From contig JBLMWD010000118.1 in assembly GCA_050257045.1 (NCBI GenBank), positions 34,356 through 98,355 on the forward strand: DNA of 64,000 bases. Reading direction: 5' to 3'. Numbering within the stretch: position 1 is the first letter of the stretch; each line of letters starts with the position of its first letter. Shown here one piece after another: positions 29,476 to 46,389 of this stretch. This DNA is from Bacteroidota bacterium. GTDB taxonomy: Bacteria; Eisenbacteria; RBG-16-71-46; SZUA-252. The translations under genes were made by a program, and so were the position numbers. The notes beneath the pieces are model-generated. The model did not search any database, was not told the DNA's origin, and was given only the letters and a program-made list of their open reading frames with translations.

Positions 29476-29647
29476 CCTCCCTTCACGCAAATCCCATCCC
29501 CCGTGGGTTCCGTTCGGCACGCTGACCGAGGAGGTGACCCCGCCCCAGGACCCCACCGTTCACCCCACGAGTGCATCCCGACGCATCGCGAACCATGCCC
29601 TAGCCGCGCTCGAGGCCGCGGCTCGAATCGTTCCATGGAGGTCAGGC

Positions 29648-37126
<7,479 letters not shown>

Positions 37127-37210
37127 CCTCGCGTCGCGACTCGAACAACGAGCCGCCGGGTCCCGCGAGGGGCCCGGCGGTTTCGTTTGCGGTCCGGACC
37201 GTCCGGCGAG

Positions 37211-39664
37211 CTACTTCACGACGGCGAATCGACCCCGGGCCGTCCCTTCGGCGGTCCGGAGCGTGTAGAAATAGATGCCCGACGCGAGGAAATTGCCGTT
37301 CTTGTCCCGGCCGTCGATCGCGAGCTTGTGGAATCCGGTGGGAAGGAGTGGAACCGGGATCGCCCGGATGAGCCTGCCGCGCGCATCGAAAACGCGAACC
37401 TCCACGGGGCCGGGCCGCGCCGTGCGGAACACCAGCGTGCCCGATGGATTGAGCGGGTTCGGGTAGACGCGCGGCGCCAGCCGGCCCACCCCTTCCCATT
37501 TCGCTTCGACCGCCGTCGGCACGCCCGCACCCTGGTTGTAGAGGATGGAGACCGTATTCGCGATCACGTTCGCCGTCACGAGGTCCGGCAGACCGTCCCC
37601 GTTCAGGTCGACGATGGCGACGCCGCTGGGGTTCTGCGACGCCTCGAAATCCATCCGCGGGCCGAAACGGCCGTCTCCCAAGCCGGGCAGGACGGAGACG
37701 CGGCTCGAGCCCGTGTTGGCCACGGCGAGATCCGGGATGCCGTCGTTCGTGAGATCGCCGGCGGTCACGTACGAGGGGTTGTAGCCGACGTCATAGGAGA
37801 CGGCCGTTGGAAATGCGCCCGTGCCGTTTCCCAACAGCACGGAGACGGTATTCCCGCTGTTGTTGGCGGTAACCAGGTCCAGATTGCCGTCACCGTTGAG
37901 GTCGATCATGCAGAGGCCGCGGGGCCGGCCGGGCACCGGGTACTGGCCCCTCACGCGGAGAATCCCGCTGCCGTCGCCCAGCAGGACCGAAACGCTGTTG
38001 CCGAAATTGGCCGTGACGACGTCCGGCTTCGCGTCGTGATTCACATCCCCGATGGCCACGCCGAACGATGGGCTCGTGGTGCTGTCCCGAGGCATGGACT
38101 GGAAGGTGCCGCCGCCGCGGCCCAGGTAGACGGAGACCGACCCGAGGTCTCCCGGCGCGCGGTTCCCGGATACAATGTCCGGCGTTCCATCCAGGTTCAG
38201 GTCGCCGATCGCCACCGCGAAGGGCGAATTGGCCACTCCCAGGTCGGTACGGGCTCGAAGCGTGCCGTCGCCGTTTCCGATCAGGACGGACAGGGTGTTG
38301 CCGCGCCAGTTCGCCGTGACCACGTCCATCGCCCCGTCCCCCGTCAAATCTCCGACGGCGACCGCTGTCGGGCCCAACCCCACGGGGTAATCGGTCCTCT
38401 TAAGAGACGGCTCTTCCTTGTTCTTCGACAGGACCGTGATGCTGTTTCCGGTATCGTTGGCGGTGATGAGATCCGGCGTGGCGCCGTTCAGGGTGCCGAC
38501 GGCGACCGCCCGGGTCCCATAACCCACTCCAACGTCTTCTCTCGTCACGAATCCGCCCGCACCGTCACCGTTGAAGACGAGAATGGCGTCGTTGTACAGG
38601 CTCGTCGTCGCCAGGTCGGCCTTGCCATCCCCGTCGAAATCCGCGACGCCGAGCCCATGGGCGACGGTCCCGATCTCGGTGTCGACTCTGGGCTGGAACG
38701 CGCCGCTTCCCGTGCCCAGGAGAACGGACAAGGTCATCGTGGTGTACTCGTTCGTCGTGACCAGGTCCACCTTCCCGTCATTGTTCATGTCTGCGATGGC
38801 GACCGAGCCGGGGTACCGGCCGGTCGCATAGTGCACCGCCGGCTGGAGAAATCCGGTGCCGTCGTTCAGGAGGATCGATACGTAATGCGAATCGAAACAG
38901 GGGACGGCGACGTCGGGCCTCCCGTCACCGTTCACGTCGCCGATCGCGACGTCGTTCGGGCTCACGCCGACAGCGTAGTCGACCCGCGTCTTGTGCGCCG
39001 GGCCGCCGCTGCTCGAGAGGAACACGGAGATGGTCCCGTCGATGTAGTTGGCGGTCACGACGTCGGAAATCCCGTCGCCGTCCAGGTCGCCCACGGCCAC
39101 CTGGATCGGTCCCCCCTCCGTGGCCCGGCTGAAGGCCGGCTCGAAGGCCCCACCGCCCGTTCCGATCAGCACCGAGGTCGTATCGGTGTTGAAGTTCGCG
39201 ACGACCAGGTCCGCGATCCCGTCTCCCGTCACATCCCCGATGGCAACCGCCTGTGCGCCGACCGTGTAATCGGTCCTCGCCTTGAAGCCTCCCGTTCCGT
39301 CGCCCAGCAACACGGAGACGCTCGTGTCGTTCGCCGTCACGATGTCCGGGGTCCCGTTATCGTCCAGGAAGCCCAGAACGATGCCGGAAGGGAATCCGTC
39401 GACCGGGAGGTTTGCCTTCAACTGGAACGCATCGTCTCCTGCGATGAGAACGGAAACATCCCCGGACGCGCTGTTCGCGCTCACGAGGTCCGGCAGCTTG
39501 TCACCATTGAGGTCGCCCATGGCCATCGCATAGGGCTGCAAGCCAATGGAGTAGGCGCGAGCCGCTCGGAACGAGAGCCCCGCGTCTGCCGCTGCCGGTG
39601 TGCTCATCAGGAGCAGGAACGCCATGTGCCAGGGGAGGGATTTCGCTTGGAAGATGGGGGGCAT
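37211..39664 (-). CDS. FG-GAP/VCBS repeat beta-propeller surface protein with T9SS type-A C-terminal sorting domain
   Basis: About 14 repeats of the (A/V)xGDxNGDGxxDLV... FG-GAP motif. C-terminus VYPNPLNPSGTLVFRTARPGPVEVRVFDARGRLIRAI...ASGIYFYTLRTAEGTARGRFAVVK matches the Por-secretion tail consensus. Confidence 0.85.
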   Translation of the reverse strand: MPPIFQAKSLPWHMAFLLLMSTPAAADAGLSFRAARAYSIGLQPYAMAMGDLNGDKLPDLVSANSASGDVSVLIAGDDAFQLKANLPVDGFPSGIVLGFLDDNGTPDIVTANDTSVSVLLGDGTGGFKARTDYTVGAQAVAIGDVTGDGIADLVVANFNTDTTSVLIGTGGGAFEPAFSRATEGGPIQVAVGDLDGDGISDVVTANYIDGTISVFLSSSGGPAHKTRVDYAVGVSPNDVAIGDVNGDGRPDVAVPCFDSHYVSILLNDGTGFLQPAVHYATGRYPGSVAIADMNNDGKVDLVTTNEYTTMTLSVLLGTGSGAFQPRVDTEIGTVAHGLGVADFDGDGKADLATTSLYNDAILVFNGDGAGGFVTREDVGVGYGTRAVAVGTLNGATPDLITANDTGNSITVLSKNKEEPSLKRTDYPVGLGPTAVAVGDLTGDGAMDVVTANWRGNTLSVLIGNGDGTLRARTDLGVANSPFAVAIGDLNLDGTPDIVSGNRAPGDLGSVSVYLGRGGGTFQSMPRDSTTSPSFGVAIGDVNHDAKPDVVTANFGNSVSVLLGDGSGILRVRGQYPVPGRPRGLCMIDLNGDGNLDLVTANNSGNTVSVLLGNGTGAFPTAVSYDVGYNPSYVTAGDLTNDGIPDLAVANTGSSRVSVLPGLGDGRFGPRMDFEASQNPSGVAIVDLNGDGLPDLVTANVIANTVSILYNQGAGVPTAVEAKWEGVGRLAPRVYPNPLNPSGTLVFRTARPGPVEVRVFDARGRLIRAIPVPLLPTGFHKLAIDGRDKNGNFLASGIYFYTLRTAEGTARGRFAVVK

Positions 39665-39761
39665 GGAGGACTCCCTATTCCGCGGGCCGCGGATCGCTTG
39701 GGAGAATACGCGCCCGGGTCCCATCGTCCTAGTGTCCCGGGGTATACCGACCGCTGCGGCG

Positions 39762-41759
39762 TCAGCCCCCGAGCTTCTGAAGGGTGGCCGCGTCCACGCG
39801 CATGCCGCGCCGCTCCGCCTCCCGGATGTCGGCGAGCCCCCCTGCCTTGTCCCCCGCGCCCGTGCGGGCAGCGCCTCGGTAGAGGTAGTAGGCGGCGACG
39901 CGCGGCTCGCCCGGGGGCGCGGCCCGGATCGCCTCGTCGAACGCCGGGATCGCCTCCGGGTACCGGCGAAGCTTCGTGAGCGCGTAGCCGATCGTGCCGA
40001 GCTGGAGGTAGTTGTCGGGGCGATCGGGGGCGAGCTCCAGGGCGCGCCGGCTGTCGGGGATCCCCTTCTCGTATTCCCCCAGGTTCACGTAGGCGAGCGC
40101 CCGGTTCGCGTAGGCGTCGCGATGCGCGGGATTCAGCTCGATCGCGCGCGAGCAGTCGGCCACGGCTCCGGCGTTGTCGCCCATGTTCAGCTTCAGCGCG
40201 CCGCGGTTGTTCCACGAATCCGGCATTCCCGGCTGCAGGGCGAGCGCGCGGTCGAACGCCACGAGCGACGAATCGTTCCGCCCCATCGCCGCGAGCACGT
40301 TCGCCTTGTTGAGCCAGATCTTGGCGACGTCGGGATTCAACGCGATCGCCTGGTCGAAGTCGGCGAGCGCCTCGTCATAGCGCTTCTCGTCGTTGTAGTA
40401 GAAGTAGCCGCGGTCGTTGTAGGCGTCGGCGATCCGGCCCGGATACTTCGCGATCGTGTCGTTCCAGAGCGTCCCCGAGTTCTGCCAGACGTCGCAGCGC
40501 TTCCAGGTCGCGAACGCCGAGACCGGGACGAGGAGCCCGAGCACGACGGCCAGCGCCACGCGCACCGGCGCGCCGCGCGGAAGGCGCTCGCGCGGCTCGT
40601 CGAGCCACCAGGCCAGGGCGACGAAGAGGCCGATGTAGGCGACGTAGGTGTAGCGGTCGGCCATGACGGCGCCGCCGATCGAGAAGAACTGGAGGACGAG
40701 GACGATGTTGATGAAGAAGAACGCGAGCCCGAAGAGGACGACGCGGTTGTTCCGGAAGAGCCAGATGAGCGCGGGGATCACGACGACCGCCACGGCCAGC
40801 GTGACGTAGTACTCGGGGCCGATCGCGCCGCGCGCGAGGCTCGGGTAGGGATAGATCGCCGAGAGACGCATCGGCAGGAAGAGCTTCACGACGTACATGA
40901 CCACGCCGTACGCCGCGAAGAGAGCCTTCTGGAAGGGCCCCCAGTGCTCGGTGATCGCGCCGCTCGCCCGCTGGATCTGCAGCGTCACGACCCCGTCGAT
41001 CAGGGCGACGAGCAGGAAGGGCGCCTTCTCGAGCCAGACCGCGCGCGTGAAGCGGCGCTTCCGGAACCAGTCGATCGCGATCAGCGTGAGCGGGAAGACG
41101 ACCGCGGCGGGCTTCGCCGCGACCGAGAGCACGAAGAGGGCGAGCGCGCCCCAGAGCCAGGCGGGCTGCTTCCGGTCGACGTGGCGCAGGTAGGCGATCA
41201 GCCCCGCGAGGTAGAAGAAGGCGTAGAGGACGTCCTTCCGCTCGGCCACCCAGGCCACCGACTCCACGTGCATCGGATGGATGCCGAAGAGCGTCGCCGC
41301 GACGACCGGCGTCCAGCGCCGCCCGCGCGCGAGCCCGCGCACGAAGAAGAAGACGAGCGCCGTGTTCGCGACGTGGAGGAGGAGGCTCGTCCAGTGGTAG
41401 GCGCGGGGATCGAGCCCCGCGAGCCGGTAGTTCAGGACGAACGACCAGATCGTGAGCGGATGCCAGTTCCCCGCCACCGGCGTCGTGAGCACCGCGTGGG
41501 CGTCGGGATGCGCGACGAGCGGGTTCTCGGTGACGTAGAAGTTGTCGTCCCAGTTCGTGAACGCGTTGTCGAGCGCCGGGATGTAGACGAGGAACGTGAG
41601 CGCGAGGATCGCAGCGAGCCAGACCGGCCAGGGGAGGCCGAGGAGCGGCGTTGCGTGCGCGCCCGCAGCCCTCCCGCTCGCCGCATGCGGCGGTCCGGGT
41701 CGCGGAGATCCTCCCTCTCGGAGCGCGCCTCCGCCCCGGTGCCTCCTGCTCGGGCTCAC
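39762..41759 (-). CDS. GT-C fold (DUF1736/PMT-like) membrane glycosyltransferase with C-terminal TPR repeats (TMTC-like protein O-mannosyltransferase candidate)
   Basis: GTG start at 41759 overlapping the GT2 stop (GTGA), giving MSPSRRHRGG..., parallel to the paralog N-terminus [21 protein letters not shown] loop motif, about 11 TM helices, C-terminal TPRs (DAYNDRGYFYYNDEKRYDEALADFDQAIALNPDVAKIWLNKANVL...). Confidence 0.8.
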   Translation of the reverse strand: MSPSRRHRGGGALREGGSPRPGPPHAASGRAAGAHATPLLGLPWPVWLAAILALTFLVYIPALDNAFTNWDDNFYVTENPLVAHPDAHAVLTTPVAGNWHPLTIWSFVLNYRLAGLDPRAYHWTSLLLHVANTALVFFFVRGLARGRRWTPVVAATLFGIHPMHVESVAWVAERKDVLYAFFYLAGLIAYLRHVDRKQPAWLWGALALFVLSVAAKPAAVVFPLTLIAIDWFRKRRFTRAVWLEKAPFLLVALIDGVVTLQIQRASGAITEHWGPFQKALFAAYGVVMYVVKLFLPMRLSAIYPYPSLARGAIGPEYYVTLAVAVVVIPALIWLFRNNRVVLFGLAFFFINIVLVLQFFSIGGAVMADRYTYVAYIGLFVALAWWLDEPRERLPRGAPVRVALAVVLGLLVPVSAFATWKRCDVWQNSGTLWNDTIAKYPGRIADAYNDRGYFYYNDEKRYDEALADFDQAIALNPDVAKIWLNKANVLAAMGRNDSSLVAFDRALALQPGMPDSWNNRGALKLNMGDNAGAVADCSRAIELNPAHRDAYANRALAYVNLGEYEKGIPDSRRALELAPDRPDNYLQLGTIGYALTKLRRYPEAIPAFDEAIRAAPPGEPRVAAYYLYRGAARTGAGDKAGGLADIREAERRGMRVDAATLQKLGG

Positions 41760-42544
41760 GCGCGAGCCGCCTCGGTCGCTGCGGCGGCACGCCGCCGCAG
41801 GTTCATCGGGAAGTGCGCCGACCGCGCGATCCCCCACCGCGCGAGCGCGAACTCGAGCGCGGTCCCCACGCAGCCGAATCCGTAGCGGATGCTCCGCGCG
41901 AAGTTGATCGAGGAGGCGTCGGCGGCGTAGCGCGTGGGGCAGGAGACCTCGGCCACCAGGTACCCGGCCCAGATCACCTGCGCGAGCATCTGGTTGTCGA
42001 AGACGAAGTCGTCCGAGTTCTGGTCGAGCGGCAGCGACTCGAGCACCCGGCGCGAGAAGGCGCGGTATCCGCTGTGGTACTCGGAGAGCTTCGCGCCGAG
42101 GAAGAAGTTCCCGATCAGGGTGAGGACGCGGTTCGCGGCGTAGCGCCAGAGCGGCATCCCGCCCTTCAGCGCATATCCGCCCAGGATGCGTGAGGCAACG
42201 ACGCAGTCGTAGAGCCCCGAACGGATCAGCGAGACCATGGCCGGGATGAGCTTCGGCGTGTACTGGTAGTCGGGGTGGACCATGATGATGATGTCGCCCC
42301 CTGCCTCCAGCGCCGCACGATAGCAGGTCTTCTGATTCCCTCCGTACCCCAGGTTCCGCTCGTGGACCACGACCTTCGCGCCGGGGAGCTCGCGCGCCAC
42401 CTCCACCGTGTGGTCGCGGCTCTGGTCGTCCACGACGATCACGAGGTCGACCACGCCCTGGGCCATCACCTCGTCGTAGGTCTTCCGGAGGGTGGCCTCG
42501 GCGTTGTAAGCGGGCATCACGACGACGACTTTGGAGGGGGGCAC
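41756..42544 (-). CDS. GT2 family glycosyltransferase, polyprenyl-phosphate sugar synthase (Dpm1/Ppm1-like)
   Basis: KVVVVMPAYNAEATL...VIVVDDQSRDHT...ERNLGYGGNQKTCYRAALEAGGDIIIMVHPDYQY gives the DxD and catalytic motifs of dolichol-phosphate mannose synthase-like GT2. Confidence 0.85.
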   Translation of the reverse strand: MPPSKVVVVMPAYNAEATLRKTYDEVMAQGVVDLVIVVDDQSRDHTVEVARELPGAKVVVHERNLGYGGNQKTCYRAALEAGGDIIIMVHPDYQYTPKLIPAMVSLIRSGLYDCVVASRILGGYALKGGMPLWRYAANRVLTLIGNFFLGAKLSEYHSGYRAFSRRVLESLPLDQNSDDFVFDNQMLAQVIWAGYLVAEVSCPTRYAADASSINFARSIRYGFGCVGTALEFALARWGIARSAHFPMNLRRRAAAATEAARA

Positions 42545-42724
42545 GGGCCAAGAGTAACGGGTTTGAGGCCTGGCTGCCAGCCGGGCGCGCCGGAGGCCCG
42601 CGCCCGGAAACGTGGAATTCGATGTTGCGGGTCTTTCCAAGTCAGGCGCACAATTTTCGGGCTGTTAAGGGTTTTGCCGTCCGCCCTTCCTTGCGGGGAA
42701 GGTTTCGATAGATCGAAGGTTCCA

Positions 42725-45415
42725 ATGGCCCCGAATCGCATCCGCGTTCTCGTTCCACTCGTCGCTCTCCTCCTCGTTTCCTGCAGCGAGAAGCAGGCGA
42801 CCGCGCCCAAGGTTCCCGATACCGGCGGCACGCCGCCGCCGGCCACGGACACCACGCCGCCCACGGTGACCCAGACCACGCCCGCTGATCACGCGACGGG
42901 CGTCGATCGCGGGATCGTGATCCGCGCCACGTTCTCGGAATCGATCGCGGCGAACAGCGCGACCGGTCAGACCTTCCTGGTCACCGGTGACACGCCGGTT
43001 GCCGGTACCGTCTCGGCCTCGGGCTCCACCATCCTCTTCACCCCTGCGGCTCCGCTCCAGGGGAGTCACGCGTACACGGCGACGATCACGACGGGAGTCC
43101 GGGACCCTGCGGGGAACGCCCTGGCCCAGAACTACACCTGGTCGTTCACCACGATCGGCCAGGCGCCTGTCGCGAACGCCGGACCCGACCAGACGGTCAA
43201 GTCCGGGGACAACGTGGCCCTCGACGGCAGCGGCAGCGTCGACCCCGACGGGTATCCGCTCACGTACACATGGACGCAGACCGCCGGTCCCGACGTGACC
43301 GGAGGCGCCCACACGCTGACCGGCGAGCGCCCGGGCTTCGTGGCTCCCTCCCAGACCACCACGATCACGTTCAGCCTGGTGGTCGACGACGGGCACATGC
43401 CGAGCACCCCCGACTCCGTTTCGATCTTCGTCAACTTCACGCCGCCGCCCGACACCACCCCGCCGGAGGTGCTGTCGACCGACCCGGCCGCCGACGCCAC
43501 CAATGTGGATAGCGGCACGGCGATTCGTGCCACCTTCTCGGAGTCCGTGGCGCCGGGCAGCGTCACCACGGGGACCTTCCAGCTCTCGGGCCCGGGCCCC
43601 GTCTTGGGGACGGTGACCGCGTCGGGCTCGACCGCCATCTTCACGCCTTCGTCCCCGCTCCAGGGGCAGCAGACCTACACGGCCACGCTCACGACCGGCA
43701 TCACGGACCTTGCCGGAAACGCGCTCACCCAGAACCATGTCTGGACGTTCACGACCGTGAACCAGGTGCCGATCGCGAACGCGGGCCCCGACCAGACCGT
43801 CGAGACCGGCGCGAGCGTGACCCTCGACGGGAGCCTGAGCAACGACCCCGACGGCCACGCTCTCACGTACGCGTGGACGCAGACGTCGGGGATCGACGTG
43901 ACCGGCGGATTGGGGACCTTCACGGGGGCTTCGCCGAGCTTCACCGCGCCCTCGTCCTCGACCACGATCGTCTTCAGCCTCGTCGTGAACGACGGCGTTT
44001 CCTCGAGCACGCCCGACCTCGTCCAGATCACGGTCCATCAGACGCTGACCGGCATCTTCGCGAGCCCGAACGGGAGCGACTCCAATCCCGGCACGAGCGC
44101 CGCGCCGCTGCGGACGGTGGCGGCCGCGATCGCCGCGGCAACGTCGAACGCCGTCGCCAGCGTCTACCTCGCCGGCGGCACGTACACGCAGGATCAGTTC
44201 GTCCTCGCCTCGGGCGTGAACCTCATCGGCGGTTACGATCCGACGTTCCAGACGCGCGACCCCGCCACATACGTGACCACGCTCTCGGGCGGAACCACCG
44301 CGCTCGTTGGGAATGGCGTGAGCAACGTCCGCGTGGATGGCGTCACGATCCGGAGCGCCGACGCCACGGGTGCGGGCCAGTCCTCCTACGCCGCGTTCCT
44401 CCAGGGCGCGAGCGGAGTGACGTTCCACGGCTGCACGCTGGTGGCCGGAAACGGCGGCGCCGGGACCGCGGGCTCGCTGGGCTCGGTCGGGGCTGCGGGC
44501 GCCATCGGCGCCGATGGCGGAGCGAGCGGCTGCCCCGACGTGAACGCGGCGGGAGCGGGCGGAGACGGAGGGAGCGGGCAGCCGAATGGAGGCGGCGCGG
44601 GCGGGAGCGGCGGAAACCTCACCTCGTCCTTCGTCGCGCAGGTCGGGCAACAGGGCTCGGGCCCGTCCGGCGGAGCGGGCGGCATTGCCGGAACGCCAAG
44701 CACGAAGGGAAAGCGCAACGGCGGACCGGGGTCGGCCGGCGGCGCCGGATCTCCGGGGACCGATGGAGCCGCGGGGGCCCCGGTCGGCTCCCTGAGCGCC
44801 TCGGGCTACGCGCCTGCAAACGGCGGGGACGGCGGCAGTGACGGAACCGCGGGCAGCGGCGGTGGGGGCGGAGGCGGATCGAGCGGCACTTCCTCCGGCG
44901 GCGCTGGAAATGGCGGTGGCGGCGGGGGAGGCGGCGGCGCGCCCGGTGCCGCGGGCACGGCGGGCACGGGCGGCGGCGGATCGTTCGCGATCGCGCTCGT
45001 CGGCTCGTCCAATGTCGTCGTCGACTCCTGCACGCTGGACACCGGCTCCGGCGGTGCGGGAGGCTCCGGTGGCGCCGGAGGAAACGGCGGATCGGGCGGT
45101 GGCGGCGGAACCGGCGGTCAGGCGTGCAAGCAGGACGTCGGCGTCGGCGGAACCGGCGGGGGCGGAGGCATGGGCGGCCGCGGCGGCGACGGCGGCGGCG
45201 GCGGCGGAGGCCCCACGATCGGGATCCTCTACGACGACACGAGCACCTTGAGCGAGAGCGGGAACAGCTACGCGCTCGGCACTCCGGGCTCCGGCGGAAC
45301 GAGCGCGGGCCACCCCGGATCGGCGGGCGCGGCGCAGAACGTGCTCCGGCTCACGGCGCCTGCGGCGGCCCGGACCGGCACGACGGCCGCGCGGGTCAGC
45401 GCGCTCCGTAAGTAG
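42725..45415 (+). CDS. Surface lipoprotein: 2x(SbsA-type Ig-like + PKD-like) domains, beta-helix domain and about 250-aa Gly-rich low-complexity C-terminal region
   Basis: Lipobox LLLVSCS. Duplicated TPPTVTQTTPADHATGVDRGIVIRATFSESI... / TPPEVLSTDPAADATNVDSGTAIRATFSESV..., each followed by ANAGPDQTV...LDGSGSxDPDG. Tail GGAGGSGGAGGNGGSGGGGGTGG. Confidence 0.75.
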   Translation: MAPNRIRVLVPLVALLLVSCSEKQATAPKVPDTGGTPPPATDTTPPTVTQTTPADHATGVDRGIVIRATFSESIAANSATGQTFLVTGDTPVAGTVSASGSTILFTPAAPLQGSHAYTATITTGVRDPAGNALAQNYTWSFTTIGQAPVANAGPDQTVKSGDNVALDGSGSVDPDGYPLTYTWTQTAGPDVTGGAHTLTGERPGFVAPSQTTTITFSLVVDDGHMPSTPDSVSIFVNFTPPPDTTPPEVLSTDPAADATNVDSGTAIRATFSESVAPGSVTTGTFQLSGPGPVLGTVTASGSTAIFTPSSPLQGQQTYTATLTTGITDLAGNALTQNHVWTFTTVNQVPIANAGPDQTVETGASVTLDGSLSNDPDGHALTYAWTQTSGIDVTGGLGTFTGASPSFTAPSSSTTIVFSLVVNDGVSSSTPDLVQITVHQTLTGIFASPNGSDSNPGTSAAPLRTVAAAIAAATSNAVASVYLAGGTYTQDQFVLASGVNLIGGYDPTFQTRDPATYVTTLSGGTTALVGNGVSNVRVDGVTIRSADATGAGQSSYAAFLQGASGVTFHGCTLVAGNGGAGTAGSLGSVGAAGAIGADGGASGCPDVNAAGAGGDGGSGQPNGGGAGGSGGNLTSSFVAQVGQQGSGPSGGAGGIAGTPSTKGKRNGGPGSAGGAGSPGTDGAAGAPVGSLSASGYAPANGGDGGSDGTAGSGGGGGGGSSGTSSGGAGNGGGGGGGGGAPGAAGTAGTGGGGSFAIALVGSSNVVVDSCTLDTGSGGAGGSGGAGGNGGSGGGGGTGGQACKQDVGVGGTGGGGGMGGRGGDGGGGGGGPTIGILYDDTSTLSESGNSYALGTPGSGGTSAGHPGSAGAAQNVLRLTAPAAARTGTTAARVSALRK

Positions 45416-46241
45416 CGGACGACGAGGAAAGGGTCGCGCCGAGGGTCAGGTCTCCGGGCATGCCCCCCGGGAACCGGCGCTCGATCGCGGCCTGGATGAT
45501 CCCGCTCCGATTCCCCGGGTCGGGATGCGTGCTCAGGAACTCCGGCTGGCGGCTCGTACCGGTCGCCTCGCTCAGGATCCGCATCACCTGGATGAGCGCG
45601 CGCGGATCGTAGCCCGCCTCGGACATGAAGCGCACGCCGAGCGTGTCGGCCTGGATCTCGTCGTGACGGCCGTACCGCAGCGAGACCATCTGCGCGACGA
45701 ACGCCGCCATGGCCGCCGATCGCTCACCGCTGTTCTGATCGTTCGCGCCCGCCACGCCGGCCGCCCCGATCAGCCCCTGCGCCAGCCGGCTCCGCGCGAT
45801 CTGCTCCGCCGTGTGGCGGCCGACCACGTGGCCCACCTCGTGCCCCAGCACGCCCGCGAGCTCCGCCTCGTTCTCGAGCCGGTCGAGGAGGCCGCGCGTG
45901 ATGAAGACCGGCCCCCCCGGAAGCGCGAACGCGTTCACGGTCTGGGGATCGGAGAGCGCATAGAAGTGGAACTGATACGGCGTGCCATGGGCCTCGCTCC
46001 CCTGAACCACGTGCTCCCCGACCTTTTGCACGAGGCGCTGCACCTCGTCGCTCGGGTCGAGCCCGCCCATCTGCTCGGCCATCTGCGGCGCCGACTGGAG
46101 CCCGAGCGCCACCTCCTGGTCGGTGTCCATGGTGATGTGCTGCGTCGCTCCGGTGATCGGGTTCTGCTGGCGAACCGAGTAGTAGCTGATCAGCGAGATC
46201 GCTGCGATCAGCAGGCCGAGCAGGAGATGTCCTCGTCGCAT
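45396..46241 (-). CDS. M48 family zinc metallopeptidase
   Basis: N-terminal TM MRRGHLLLGLLIAAISLISYY. HEVGHVVGRH (HExxH). Conserved downstream E and GxRF motif typical of M48. Confidence 0.85.
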   Translation of the reverse strand: MRRGHLLLGLLIAAISLISYYSVRQQNPITGATQHITMDTDQEVALGLQSAPQMAEQMGGLDPSDEVQRLVQKVGEHVVQGSEAHGTPYQFHFYALSDPQTVNAFALPGGPVFITRGLLDRLENEAELAGVLGHEVGHVVGRHTAEQIARSRLAQGLIGAAGVAGANDQNSGERSAAMAAFVAQMVSLRYGRHDEIQADTLGVRFMSEAGYDPRALIQVMRILSEATGTSRQPEFLSTHPDPGNRSGIIQAAIERRFPGGMPGDLTLGATLSSSSATYGAR

Positions 46242-46389
46242 GGCGCGTTCCTCCCTCGTTCGGACCGCGGCATGCGGCCGAAAGAGCCTTGGGCATTGCA
46301 AGGAGAGCGCCAGAGCGTCGTGGATGGTTAATACCGGGTCGCGGCGGGCAGGGAGATAGCGGCTACGGGTATCGCAGGGACGGAAAGGG

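Noticed and set aside
44400-45250. Simple-sequence-like GGC/GGA repeats that could be a CRISPR-like or VNTR array
   Set aside because: The region is in frame within the lipoprotein gene and encodes a poly-Gly/Ala/Ser tract. There are no regularly spaced identical repeats or spacers. It is reported only as a possible slippage-prone tract, not a CRISPR.
42665-45313. 882-aa minus-strand ORF and several 100-300-aa Arg/Pro-rich ORFs overlapping the Gly-rich lipoprotein gene
   Set aside because: These are antisense translations of GGC/GCC-rich codons that give poly-Ala/Arg/Pro. They have no features, and the sense strand encodes a coherent lipoprotein with recognisable domains.
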